A DNA stretch of 48,829 nt, taken from the IMG/VR virus record IMGVR_UViG_3300005544_000021. The stretch is one strand, 5' to 3'. Of this stretch, positions 26,857-37,021 are shown one piece after another. Source of the stretch: a virus (Duplodnaviria; Heunggongvirae; Uroviricota; Caudoviricetes). A model generated the notes under the pieces. It was not told the DNA's origin and ran no database searches. It saw nothing but the letters and a program-made list of their open reading frames with translations. Numbering within the stretch: the first letter of the stretch is position 1; every line of letters begins with the position of its first letter. A program made the position numbers and the translations under genes.

Positions 26857-28857
26857 TTATACGGACATCAATGTTCTAGTAACTTTAATACTGGTATTGT
26901 TTGTAGCCCCCGCTGTGTAATTCAATAAAGCATGGGTAGCATTTGTAGAAGCGGTAAATACTCCAATGTTGGTGTTTGTCACAATTGTTCCATATTCTGT
27001 CATGGTTGCTATCCCGCCATCATGAAGAATTAAAAGCTTGCTCATTTGAAAAGCATTCGCATTATTATCTTTGATGGAAATCAAATATTCCCCGGCCCTA
27101 AAGTCTGCCAGAAAGAATGAATCCAAAACTACCGAAGTTGTCACACTGGTATTAACATACAGGTTATCAAATTTTGTCTGGGGTAAAAGAAGTTCGGTAA
27201 TAGAAGCATTGGGAACTAATAAAACAGACCCAACGGTTAAAGTCTGGGAAGTCTTATCATAGAGTAGACCAGAATGGCCGTTGAAAGCCCCCGAATCATT
27301 AAACTGAACTTGGGTGTTGGCTCCTCCAATAACCCCCAGACTAATAGCGGCGGTATTAATTGCAATTTGTACGTCTACCCAATTTGATCCTGATTGATCT
27401 GTTACATCAACGCTTGCTCCACTACCCCCAATAAAATTGATCTGAGGTCTTGTACCTATAGTAGCTCCCGAGTTTGAGACCACAATATATGGATCAAGAT
27501 TGGTGTAATTTTTTCCATTTAAACGAATAGTCCCGGTATTCGCCAAAAATCCAACACTAGAATTTACAATAGCCGAAAATGTTTTTGTATTAACCTGAGT
27601 AGAATTTGCAAAGGTATTCGCAACATCATTTCCAATACTTAAGGATGTGGTGGATAAAAATACGTTAGCCCCCGCCGCATAAGACGTAGAATTAACAACC
27701 GAACCCCCAATTACAAGTTGGGTTGGTTGAAGATTTGCTATTCCCGAGGCGTTTGCTACCGTGACAAGAATAGAATTGGCTACTAAGTTTGCAATCGTAT
27801 TTCCGACACTTAATTTTGTGGTATCAAGGAAAACATTAGCCCCCGCTATAAAAGCTGTAGTATTAACTGACGCCGAACCAAGAACAATTTGTGTTGGTTG
27901 AAGATTTAAGGTGGACGTTGCGTTTGCGACACTTACAAGAATAGAATTGGCGGTTAAGTTTGCGATGCTATTTCCAACACTTAATTTTGTGGTGTTGAGA
28001 AAAACATTAGCTCCCGCTACATAAGCCGTGGAATTTATCGTTGAGCTACCAATTACAAGTTGAGTTGGTTGGAGATTTGCTGTGCCTGTGGCATTCGCTA
28101 CAGTGACAAGAATAGAGTTAGCGATTAAATTGGCAATTGTATTTCCTGCCGCCAGAGTCAGGAAAGTTAGCTGAGTAGCATTAGCAATAACCCCTCCCGA
28201 CCCAACATTCAAATAGGTAGCAAAAACGTTGGTGGCAAAAACATTTACAACCGTGATAGAGGTAGCATTTACGACTGTGTTTACGCTATCATTTCCGACC
28301 GTGGTACTCGTGTTTACACTTAAGTTGGGGGGAATACCAATCCGAACATCAATCCTGTTTTGAGCCACATTATCAAACGTGAGAAGGCTAACTCCATTAG
28401 CCTGAAAATTAATAGTCGGCTCAGACCCAATTGAAGTTCCAGAATTTGCTACCGTGACACTAGATTGTATAGAAGTATATGTTGTTCCATTCAAGGTTAT
28501 GGAGGATGTATTACAAGAAAATCCATTACTAGTATTTCCGACCACAATCTGGGATGTGCGAAGATAAGTGGAGTTTGCAAAGGCATTTGCAACGGAATTT
28601 CCTAAAAATAAGGTGTTGGCAAAAATATCCAAAACCCCATTAGATTGAACGTTTCCCCCCCTTAAGACATTACAGGAAAGAGTGTTAGAAGAAAATATGC
28701 CGTTGACAAATCCATTTCCCTGAGAAAATGAACCATTTGCCGTAGTATCAACCGTGACGACAGAATTGGCGATAGCATTAATGATAAGGTTTAATTTATC
28801 AAAAACATTCTGGAATGTTGAAATTGCGGTGTTTATTAATTGAATACTAACTGTCAT
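26857..28857 (-). CDS. Tail fibre / fibre-like structural protein
   Basis: N-S-T repeats shared with neighbours, QVQFNDSGA module, C-terminal FRAGEYLISI...KLLILHDG...TEYG domain. Confidence 0.8.
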   Translation of the reverse strand: MTVSIQLINTAISTFQNVFDKLNLIINAIANSVVTVDTTANGSFSQGNGFVNGIFSSNTLSCNVLRGGNVQSNGVLDIFANTLFLGNSVANAFANSTYLRTSQIVVGNTSNGFSCNTSSITLNGTTYTSIQSSVTVANSGTSIGSEPTINFQANGVSLLTFDNVAQNRIDVRIGIPPNLSVNTSTTVGNDSVNTVVNATSITVVNVFATNVFATYLNVGSGGVIANATQLTFLTLAAGNTIANLIANSILVTVANATGTANLQPTQLVIGSSTINSTAYVAGANVFLNTTKLSVGNSIANLTANSILVSVANATSTLNLQPTQIVLGSASVNTTAFIAGANVFLDTTKLSVGNTIANLVANSILVTVANASGIANLQPTQLVIGGSVVNSTSYAAGANVFLSTTSLSIGNDVANTFANSTQVNTKTFSAIVNSSVGFLANTGTIRLNGKNYTNLDPYIVVSNSGATIGTRPQINFIGGSGASVDVTDQSGSNWVDVQIAINTAAISLGVIGGANTQVQFNDSGAFNGHSGLLYDKTSQTLTVGSVLLVPNASITELLLPQTKFDNLYVNTSVTTSVVLDSFFLADFRAGEYLISIKDNNANAFQMSKLLILHDGGIATMTEYGTIVTNTNIGVFTASTNATHALLNYTAGATNNTSIKVTRTLMSV

Positions 28858-29078
28858 ACCTTAAGAAATCCAACCTCTAATAAGATCGCCTGAATCATTT
28901 TCTTTTGATCCGCAAGTTCTTTTTCCAGGTCTTGAACTTTTTTCGCCAATTTATTTCTTTCTAAAATAGCTTCTTTTTGTTTCTTGTATGCAGTTAGTTC
29001 ACTCTGGTTATTATTTATGATAACCCCGGTATCTTTGTCCTTTTTATATCCGGGGATATTGGTTTCCTGGAGGTTCAT
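28854..29078 (-). CDS. Small coiled-coil protein of the type found after VrlC-like genes in T4-like phages
   Basis: GYKKDKDTGVIINNNQSELTAYKKQK followed by a heptad-like helix. Confidence 0.7.
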   Translation of the reverse strand: MNLQETNIPGYKKDKDTGVIINNNQSELTAYKKQKEAILERNKLAKKVQDLEKELADQKKMIQAILLEVGFLKV

Positions 29079-29134
29079 CCATATACCCTTTTCACGTTTA
29101 TGAATTGGGTGAAACTAAGCATATGCTTTTTCAT
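29075..29134 (-). CDS. 19-aa micro-ORF consisting mostly of the capsid-targeting-like leader (MKKHMLSFTQFINVKRVYG)
   Basis: Manual translation; ATGA overlaps at both ends exactly fill the gap. Confidence 0.4.
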   Translation of the reverse strand: MKKHMLSFTQFINVKRVYG

Positions 29135-29268
29135 GTGGCATTACAATGAGGACAAGAGGGATATTCCCCCGGAGATTTAACTTCATATGGTTCTTTACAT
29201 CCACAAAAAGGACATTTTGGTTTAACTTTTTTCACTCGTTTAACTATTTGACGTAATGTCTTTTTCAT
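29131..29268 (-). CDS. 45-aa zinc-ribbon protein (CPFC...CPHC) with MKKTLRQIV leader; not in track
   Basis: MKKTLRQIVKRVKKVKPKCPFCGCKEPYEVKSPGEYPSCPHCNAT; TAATG coupling to the upstream stop. Confidence 0.65.
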   Translation of the reverse strand: MKKTLRQIVKRVKKVKPKCPFCGCKEPYEVKSPGEYPSCPHCNAT

Positions 29269-32018
29269 TAGGCAGTCACGGCCACGGCCCGAAGATCATC
29301 TACTTTCGGGGGAAACCAATTATCGGGACTTAAGAACACAACTTTAATCTGATACGTGTCAAAGGTGTCAAATTCCACTTGCGAGGAATTAAAATATCTT
29401 GCTACATTATCATTTGTGATATTCTTGAAAACCTGAAGCGGATAATAAACCTTGGCTACTTTCATTCCCGAGGCTTGTAAACTATTATTAGAAATTGGGC
29501 TTGAAATCGTAAAGACCGTGCTATTAACGACTGTATTAACAACCGCCACAACATAATCCACGTTTGCAAACAAGGGCTGGTAGATTTTCACTAAATTTCC
29601 AGCGGCTAAAGAAGTATTAAAGTTTGTGCCTACCCCAGTAACAGTTGAGCTATTCAAGGCACACGTGACAACTCCAGGTAAAACTCCGGAGGTTGAAACT
29701 GTGGTGGTAGTGTTAGCTTCTAAAGTTGTGTTGGGATATAAGCGGAAACCATAGGTTAGTTCGCATCTATCTGAAGGATTAGTTATGGATGTATAGACCC
29801 CAAGCCCATCAATTTGCTCAAGAATTGTCCAATCCTTGTCATCAAAGGCTTCAGGATCATGGGAATTGTGAATTCGGGCAAAAACTTTAAAGTCTGTGTT
29901 TGGAGGACGGATAGCTGTTAAGTAGACTAACATATCCTCAGCACTTTGTCCGTTTGCCAGAGTGACCTTTGTGGTCACGTGTTTTGCATAAGCATTTCCA
30001 TAATTAGTGTTTTCCCGAGTATAGTCATTGTTTATGTTATATTTGGCATAATAAGAATTTAGTTCTTTCGGATTTAGACTTATCCCAATAAAGTCATTAT
30101 TTGAATGAGTATCAACATAAAATACGGCAGTATTACTTAAAGGATATCCAATCACGGAATTATTAGGAATTGCTCCATTTGCATAACCAATCACAAACTG
30201 GTTTGATCTTGAAACAATAACAGGATGAGAAGAAATACCAAAGTTATAAAATTGTTGGTTTCTCACGTCTAATTCAATTGCCGATTCAGTGGTATTAATA
30301 TAATATGAAACCTTGGATATCGTATTAGCCGATGGTTTTACCGAATATAAGGACTTAAACTTTAGAGTATAAATTGTTCCCTGGGGATTATCAATTTGTA
30401 AATCCGGGAGTAAATTCTGAGCCTCCAAATTAAGTATTTTACAGCCTTTAAAGAAGGTATTCATTCCATTAAAACTGCTATAAAGAACAGCATCAACTCC
30501 GAAAGATAAGTTAGCCCCTGTGCCAACGGAAGTTAAAGCCGAACTGTTTACGATTGAATATGTGATTGTTGAGGTATTAACAAACCCGGCTCCGGCATTG
30601 GAAAAATAGATATTTTGAATCCTACCATTTGCATAAGTGATAATATTTGCTGTGGCGCGATAGCCCCCCAGCAATTCGTTGGTAACGTTTTCAAACCCAT
30701 TTACTAACAAATAGTCAGTGTTTGAATATCCAGACCCCCCACTAATAATTGAAACATTTGCAATTTGATTATTTACGAAACGACAAGAATCGTTTGCATT
30801 TGAGTCGGCAAGTACAATCAAATCAGTTGTATGGCCACTAACATATGGTCTACTTTTTGAATATAAACGACCAACGGGAGATTTAAAGAAATAGGCTGCC
30901 GAGTTGGTAAAAGTAAATGGTTCATTAACAAGAAATGCATTATTAGACATGGACCGCAAAATTTTTCTGACATTTACGGCATGTTGATTTGCCCCATAAT
31001 GATTCAGGCTTGTCACAACGATATATTCTGTTGTACCAGCGGTAATATTAAATAATTTTGTAAAATCAAAAATACTATTATCCGATAAGACATAAGTGTT
31101 TGGAGTTGTGACAAGTAAGGACATAGACACATTACTCACTGAAACAGTGGCTGGAGTGGCCTTTCCCCCTGGATAATATGGCTGACTTTGATAGATCAAG
31201 TCTCCGTAGTGTATATCATCGGTAGAAGATGTTTTCAGGTCAAAATTGACATATTCCATTGGATATGCGGGGCAAATAAAACGAATCGAATCATTAGATA
31301 AAACAACCACATTATTTGAGGAGGAAAATTCAATCAAGGCTCCATTAGCAATTTCTGTATTAGATTGTACAGATGAACCAGCGGTTGCATATCTAGCTAT
31401 TTCAACTTTGAATTTTAAATCTGTATCGTTTAGAGGTTTCCAAACTGTTAAAAGATAATCTATGTCTGGAACAGTTTGATCAGGGGTAGATTGATCTGAG
31501 GTAGACAGGATGATATTATCTGTATTTGAAACTCCGGGAAATTCTTCCGCCGAATTAATATACGAAAACAGTTTACCAATATATTTTCCGCTGGGTCCAG
31601 GACTGGGGGTGTTTGTCAAATTACCATTCTTGTCAATCAGAAAATCACCCTGTCTACTTGACCAAAGTTCAAAATCTTCATCTCCATCAAATTTAATAAT
31701 AATGGCATATTCTTGATTTGATGGCAGATTGACGGGGTTACGAAAACGAAAAACAGTGGGGGCTTGGGCTGTTGAGTCGGCAACAATAGCAGAATATTCT
31801 GTTCGGGCAATTGGAGCTGCTAGATTTATGATCGGCACCCCCTGTAGAGTTTTTACAATTTGAACTTCCACTCCAGGACCAGATATTCCGCTTTTGTTAC
31901 CTACCGTTTTTGGTTTGTTTTTAAAAAACAATGATATTCTAGTAATTCCAACTGTTGTAGAGTTTTGAACTAACGATTTATCAACATAAAATGTCTGAGC
32001 CCAGTTAAATAATCCCAT
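29268..32018 (-). CDS. Large baseplate-associated protein resembling the C-terminal part of VrlC/DUF4815 proteins
   Basis: AQTFYVD...ITRISLFFKNKP...QEYAIIIK...DLKFKV...AKHVTTKVTL...DMLVYLTAIRP...FDTYQIKVVFLS...PKVDDLRAVA. Confidence 0.75.
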   Translation of the reverse strand: MGLFNWAQTFYVDKSLVQNSTTVGITRISLFFKNKPKTVGNKSGISGPGVEVQIVKTLQGVPIINLAAPIARTEYSAIVADSTAQAPTVFRFRNPVNLPSNQEYAIIIKFDGDEDFELWSSRQGDFLIDKNGNLTNTPSPGPSGKYIGKLFSYINSAEEFPGVSNTDNIILSTSDQSTPDQTVPDIDYLLTVWKPLNDTDLKFKVEIARYATAGSSVQSNTEIANGALIEFSSSNNVVVLSNDSIRFICPAYPMEYVNFDLKTSSTDDIHYGDLIYQSQPYYPGGKATPATVSVSNVSMSLLVTTPNTYVLSDNSIFDFTKLFNITAGTTEYIVVTSLNHYGANQHAVNVRKILRSMSNNAFLVNEPFTFTNSAAYFFKSPVGRLYSKSRPYVSGHTTDLIVLADSNANDSCRFVNNQIANVSIISGGSGYSNTDYLLVNGFENVTNELLGGYRATANIITYANGRIQNIYFSNAGAGFVNTSTITYSIVNSSALTSVGTGANLSFGVDAVLYSSFNGMNTFFKGCKILNLEAQNLLPDLQIDNPQGTIYTLKFKSLYSVKPSANTISKVSYYINTTESAIELDVRNQQFYNFGISSHPVIVSRSNQFVIGYANGAIPNNSVIGYPLSNTAVFYVDTHSNNDFIGISLNPKELNSYYAKYNINNDYTRENTNYGNAYAKHVTTKVTLANGQSAEDMLVYLTAIRPPNTDFKVFARIHNSHDPEAFDDKDWTILEQIDGLGVYTSITNPSDRCELTYGFRLYPNTTLEANTTTTVSTSGVLPGVVTCALNSSTVTGVGTNFNTSLAAGNLVKIYQPLFANVDYVVAVVNTVVNSTVFTISSPISNNSLQASGMKVAKVYYPLQVFKNITNDNVARYFNSSQVEFDTFDTYQIKVVFLSPDNWFPPKVDDLRAVAVTA

Positions 32019-32031
32019 TTTTCTCTCTTTT

Positions 32032-35000
32032 TTAGAATATTAATTTGTTTGGCATTACCAGAGGAACTTCAGCATAGGCTAATGAACCTACTGCCGCCAA
32101 TTCAAATAATGCATAAACTGGTATATAATTTTTATTTTGTTGGTTAAAATAATTTGGACTGTATTTATTCTTTTCTCTAACCAACGTTTCTATTTTTACA
32201 TTGGCCACCCGAGTAAACCAAACTTCGGTTAAGTGATAACATGCGACAAGCGTTCCATCTGCCCCACTTATCAGGGGGTCTCCAAGGTTTCCTCCAAATG
32301 GACGAACATTATCTACTTCTATTACGCCATCCACATAAAATGAGTGTTTGGTGTTTGGTCTTAATCCAGTACAAGTCATTTTTATATAGTCATACGATAA
32401 AGAACTGCTTGTTGGAGGGGGAGTTCCATTTAAAAATGTAGAAATTTGCATAGTTCCCCAATTCGTCAGGGAGTTAACGCCTCCCGGTTCAATTAATTGT
32501 CCAGCATTTAAGGTGACATCGGCTGGATATTCCATCATGTATAATACCCCAGCATGGCCAAAACCTCCCATTGTTAATTTTATTTTATAGTTTGTTCCAT
32601 TAATAGGATTGTGGTTAAAGGTTAGTTTTCCCACTCCGATAACAAAACCATCAGCATAATACACTAAAGGATTATTTGTTAAGGTTGCAATCTGTCCGTT
32701 TGGAAAATAAGTTCCCGCAAACATATCTTCCCAATAAGGCCCTGAATAAGGATCATTCATCAAGGCCACAACTTCAGCATTTGTTAATGGTAAAGATGAG
32801 CCAGTATCAATCAATAAGACGTTATTTTGGAAAACTTGTAAGAGAGGATCATTTGAAAAATCAAAATAAAGATGACCAATACCAGGTTTGGTTGAAAATG
32901 TAAATTCATTTACATAAGAAGCAACACCTGGAACTACTCCATCCGTTTGTAAAACTCCAAAATCATACCAAAATTCATATATTTGAGCAGTATTTCCAAC
33001 ATCTACAATTTTAATATCCGTGGCATTATTTTGATCAACACAAACAAAATTAACATAGGCTGCGGAAAATTGTCCGGTAAAATGTTTTAAGGACCAATGA
33101 AATCCAGGGGGCACGAGCAAGTTGCTGGCCAAAGATGGTAATGTGTTTCCTGTTGCCTCTGTTCTTTCATTTTGCGAAGCTTGTACTGTTTCAATATCCG
33201 CCGCATATTGTGGGTTTGATGTGTCTGAATAAATTTTGGTACTAAAATCATCGGCAAAAAAGCCATACTTAAAGCGGTTAATTGAACCATCAATTGAACT
33301 TGGGATAGTTTTGTTAGTAATGCTTGTCTCAAGAATTGATAAAGATGTATAATATTCAAGGCTCTGAATTCTTCGTTCCAAGTTTCCAATCTGAGCCATA
33401 TTATAGCCTTGAGGTTGGAAAAATCTGACATTTTGAATGCTAATAGATTGTCCCAGACTGTGGTTTTCAATTCTGGTATTTAAGTCTCGTTCATTAAAGA
33501 CTCCGGTACTTACAACTTCGGCTAGTTCAAAAGATTGGTTTTTTGGAAGATTTGGATAGGGTGGAATATCAAGAGTTTGTAGTTTTAATATATCAACTGG
33601 TAGGTTTGGCTCATATCTTTTTGCAGGATCAGCATTGGGTAATCCTTTTACAACCACAATATTGCCATCTGAACCAATAACAATATCATCCTTCCGTCCC
33701 AAATATTGTTGTACATCTGATTGAAACAAAGAATCAGGAAGGGGGAATTTTTTGTCATTTGTTGGATCAGCAGTATTACCAAATGACAAAGTATAAACTG
33801 GGTTTACGGGGGCTGTGGCCGCATTTTGTGTTGGACTTGCTGTTGCTACAACAGATGGACGGAAATCAATACAATTCATCAGGTCATAATACTTACCCTT
33901 GTAAGTATAAATCTCGGGAATTTCCCAAGTGGCGGCATCGGAAGAAAGATTTGCCAGGGGCAAGGAATCCAGGGTTGCAATTTGTGCAGCATTAGCTGTA
34001 TGTAAATAAGAAACAGTATCATGATAAGAAGCTGAAGAAGTTGTGTAGTAATCAAAAGAAACCAGAAGATAATCTGTACTTATTAGGGCAAGACCACTCT
34101 TTGGTTGTAAGAATAGGTATGAAAGATCGGCAAAGTTTGCATTATGATTACTATCAATATAAAACTCACTTGTGATATCAATACTTGCGGTATTAACCGA
34201 GGAATCTCCAACCCAAACATTTCTTAGTCTAAACACATCAGAAACCCCCAGAACCCAAGGTCCAACGGTATTTGCGACATTATTGGAGAGCTGGAGCTTG
34301 ACAAGTTGGTTACGATTTACAGTTTTTGCCGCACTAGTCGCCCCCATTTTCATGATATTTACCCCCAGAGCTGTATTAACGGAGGTAGCCGTATCAAAGG
34401 TCATTCCAAAGTCCAGGGTTAAGATATTCCCATTTGCATCAACATTTCCCGATAACCCGGCCCGTACTCCAAAAGGCACGGGTAAGTTTTTGGGGAAAGT
34501 TCTCTTGAACTGATTAGTAGTATTTGCATAAACACAGTTTGAATCAACTACGATCAGGGTGTTATTTACGACCGTGATAACCTTTTTAATATCATAAATG
34601 TCATTATTTGGGAACAGATATATGTAATCACCACTCACCAAATCAGACAAGAATGTTGTGGAAGTCCCCGTAACATTTGGAGAGGTAGTGTTACAAGAAA
34701 CGGTTCCTGTCAGGCTATCATATTCAACTAGATTATTTCCAATCGGTACAACATATAAGTCTTTTAAGTTATCGTTAGATAAATCTCCGCTATAAGGGAA
34801 AAATTCATCGGGACTTGCGGCTATAGATTTGGTTAGAATACCATTATTTCCAGTCGTCGTTGTTTGATCAATCGTTCGGTAAATGTATGTGGTGTTATTT
34901 GAATTTTTGATGGATTCCAGTCCCGAACGAAATACCATGGCATCATTTTCAACACTCTGAATATGTGCCAAATTTGCCGATGTGGTTGGGTCACGGTCTA

Positions 35001-36918
35001 AAATAATATCGCCAATACCCTTGTAGCTTGATCCATTATAATAGACCGAACGTACTTTGTTGAAATTTGAACCATTAGCCACATTCACATTAAACAAATA
35101 TAAACGATAGATCGCCGTTGGGTCTCCAGGAGTTCCTTGTTCTAGAACCATTGAACGAATTCTAGCTGTTCCAATCAGATTACCTTGAGGGGTAGTATTG
35201 GAAGCTACAACTAACGACACATTTGATAGATATGTTTTAGCGGTATCATATAGGGATATTTGATCGGCCGTAGAAAATTGGAATATTCCCCCAACCTGAT
35301 TTATTCTCACATATGCATCATAGTTCAAGGACACTTTCAAGGTGTTTGCAATCGCCGTGTCTAATCCCTTACCAACATCAATACGATAATTAAAATTGGT
35401 TTTTACGTGTTTGCCTTTAATATAGGCATTTCCTGAATCAACCACAACTGAATACGAATTGCCTTCTAAAGCTGAGTTTGAAGGACTAGCTGTGGTGACA
35501 AGAAATGGGTCAAGAACAAAGTTTCCACTGGAATCAAAGGTTCTCTGGGCCATTTCATCCCCAATACGAGAATAGGACGAAACTTGATTTTGTTTATATG
35601 GATTCCCATCATTCCATTCTACAAGGGTGAAAAATCCATCAGTATTTTTAGCGGTCTCAAGATCAAGAACTGTTAGGGTAGGAACTAGCTGTAGACGATT
35701 TGCCCCCGGAGCATTGGAATCATCAATTCCCAGGCTATTATCCAACAAACTTGTATCAATATTGGCGTCAATAATATTTTCAAGTGTCTTAAATCCAACG
35801 GCCACAGAATTAGGAGCATTGGAGTATTTGTCAACGATTACGACTTGTTTATCAACTCTCTCAAAATATCCTTTTTGGTAAATTACGCCATTAGAAACTA
35901 AAAAGGCATATCCCGTTCCTGTTGCATCCCCCCCACTTGCAACCTTAACTTTTGTTAGGTAATTTTGAGCGACTAAATCAAGAATCGCAATTCCCGAGGT
36001 ATTATTTGCGGATTGAATTCTAACCGATGGAATATACGTATATCCCGAACCCCGATCAGTCATTATAACTTCTTTTACTTTTCCAACAGCATTGGTGATT
36101 ATTTCCCCTTTAGCTCCTGTTCCAATAACCCGAAGAACTGTAGCCGAAGCAGTGTTTGCCGCATTAATAATATCGGCCCCTTTATTAATTGTCCAAAAAT
36201 CTGAATTAGCATCCCCATCAGCTAAATCGGTAGCTCTTGGAGATACATAAAGTATGACTTGGGAAGAATCAGCTAAAGTTGTCGTATCAATAGAGATAAT
36301 CTGAACATTAGCTCCCGTGTCAGGATCAATAATATATTGAGATGTAGAAAAATTTCCCGTCGTCATACTCACAACCAAGGCGGGAGAAAATATTAACTCA
36401 TCAGTGTTTGAAAAATTTAATCCCCCATTTTCAACCGAAACTGAAAAGATGGAATTGTTAGAATCATACACCGTTAGAGTATCGGCGGGAGAAAAAGCGG
36501 TATCGGTTCCGGAAATTCCAGAATTGATATAGTTTACGTAAATTGTTTTTAGATCAGGAGGGGCAGCTTCAAAACCATCCACATAATTAACGACATAACC
36601 AGCCAAACCATCAGCATTCTTGACAAAAAGATTATTGAATAATGATACATCAATAGGAACCCCATTAACATCATTATCAACCAGTTTTACATATGCATAA
36701 TTATTCAAGAAAGAGAAATTGCAGCCATCAACAATTGTTCCTCGTTTAAAGATATTATCACCAAAACGCTCTATTTGAGCCTGGAACATAGTCTGAAGTT
36801 GATTTAGTTCCCGAACTTGAACCGCCACGGAAGGACGAAATAGAATTTTATAGTAATTCTTGGCGGGATCATAATCGTCCGAATAAGGTTGGACTGATAA
36901 ATTTGTTGAAATAGGCAA
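32032..36918 (-). CDS. VrlC-like / DUF4815 baseplate protein, 1628 aa
   Basis: PYSDDYDPAKNYYKILFRPSVAVQVRELNQLQ..FQAQIERFGDNIFKRGTIVDG; APGANRLQL; RTFDSSGNFVLDPF; IDFRP; NLERRIQSLEYYTSLSILE; RFKYGFFADDFS. Confidence 0.85.
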   Translation of the reverse strand: MPISTNLSVQPYSDDYDPAKNYYKILFRPSVAVQVRELNQLQTMFQAQIERFGDNIFKRGTIVDGCNFSFLNNYAYVKLVDNDVNGVPIDVSLFNNLFVKNADGLAGYVVNYVDGFEAAPPDLKTIYVNYINSGISGTDTAFSPADTLTVYDSNNSIFSVSVENGGLNFSNTDELIFSPALVVSMTTGNFSTSQYIIDPDTGANVQIISIDTTTLADSSQVILYVSPRATDLADGDANSDFWTINKGADIINAANTASATVLRVIGTGAKGEIITNAVGKVKEVIMTDRGSGYTYIPSVRIQSANNTSGIAILDLVAQNYLTKVKVASGGDATGTGYAFLVSNGVIYQKGYFERVDKQVVIVDKYSNAPNSVAVGFKTLENIIDANIDTSLLDNSLGIDDSNAPGANRLQLVPTLTVLDLETAKNTDGFFTLVEWNDGNPYKQNQVSSYSRIGDEMAQRTFDSSGNFVLDPFLVTTASPSNSALEGNSYSVVVDSGNAYIKGKHVKTNFNYRIDVGKGLDTAIANTLKVSLNYDAYVRINQVGGIFQFSTADQISLYDTAKTYLSNVSLVVASNTTPQGNLIGTARIRSMVLEQGTPGDPTAIYRLYLFNVNVANGSNFNKVRSVYYNGSSYKGIGDIILDRDPTTSANLAHIQSVENDAMVFRSGLESIKNSNNTTYIYRTIDQTTTTGNNGILTKSIAASPDEFFPYSGDLSNDNLKDLYVVPIGNNLVEYDSLTGTVSCNTTSPNVTGTSTTFLSDLVSGDYIYLFPNNDIYDIKKVITVVNNTLIVVDSNCVYANTTNQFKRTFPKNLPVPFGVRAGLSGNVDANGNILTLDFGMTFDTATSVNTALGVNIMKMGATSAAKTVNRNQLVKLQLSNNVANTVGPWVLGVSDVFRLRNVWVGDSSVNTASIDITSEFYIDSNHNANFADLSYLFLQPKSGLALISTDYLLVSFDYYTTSSASYHDTVSYLHTANAAQIATLDSLPLANLSSDAATWEIPEIYTYKGKYYDLMNCIDFRPSVVATASPTQNAATAPVNPVYTLSFGNTADPTNDKKFPLPDSLFQSDVQQYLGRKDDIVIGSDGNIVVVKGLPNADPAKRYEPNLPVDILKLQTLDIPPYPNLPKNQSFELAEVVSTGVFNERDLNTRIENHSLGQSISIQNVRFFQPQGYNMAQIGNLERRIQSLEYYTSLSILETSITNKTIPSSIDGSINRFKYGFFADDFSTKIYSDTSNPQYAADIETVQASQNERTEATGNTLPSLASNLLVPPGFHWSLKHFTGQFSAAYVNFVCVDQNNATDIKIVDVGNTAQIYEFWYDFGVLQTDGVVPGVASYVNEFTFSTKPGIGHLYFDFSNDPLLQVFQNNVLLIDTGSSLPLTNAEVVALMNDPYSGPYWEDMFAGTYFPNGQIATLTNNPLVYYADGFVIGVGKLTFNHNPINGTNYKIKLTMGGFGHAGVLYMMEYPADVTLNAGQLIEPGGVNSLTNWGTMQISTFLNGTPPPTSSSLSYDYIKMTCTGLRPNTKHSFYVDGVIEVDNVRPFGGNLGDPLISGADGTLVACYHLTEVWFTRVANVKIETLVREKNKYSPNYFNQQNKNYIPVYALFELAAVGSLAYAEVPLVMPNKLIF

Positions 36919-37021
36919 CTTACTTCTTATCCTTTATAAATGGAGGCAGAAAAATTAATAACGCCGCAAGGCACCCAAATACCCATAAAAGTATTAGTAT
37001 CTCGTAGTACATTTACATCCT

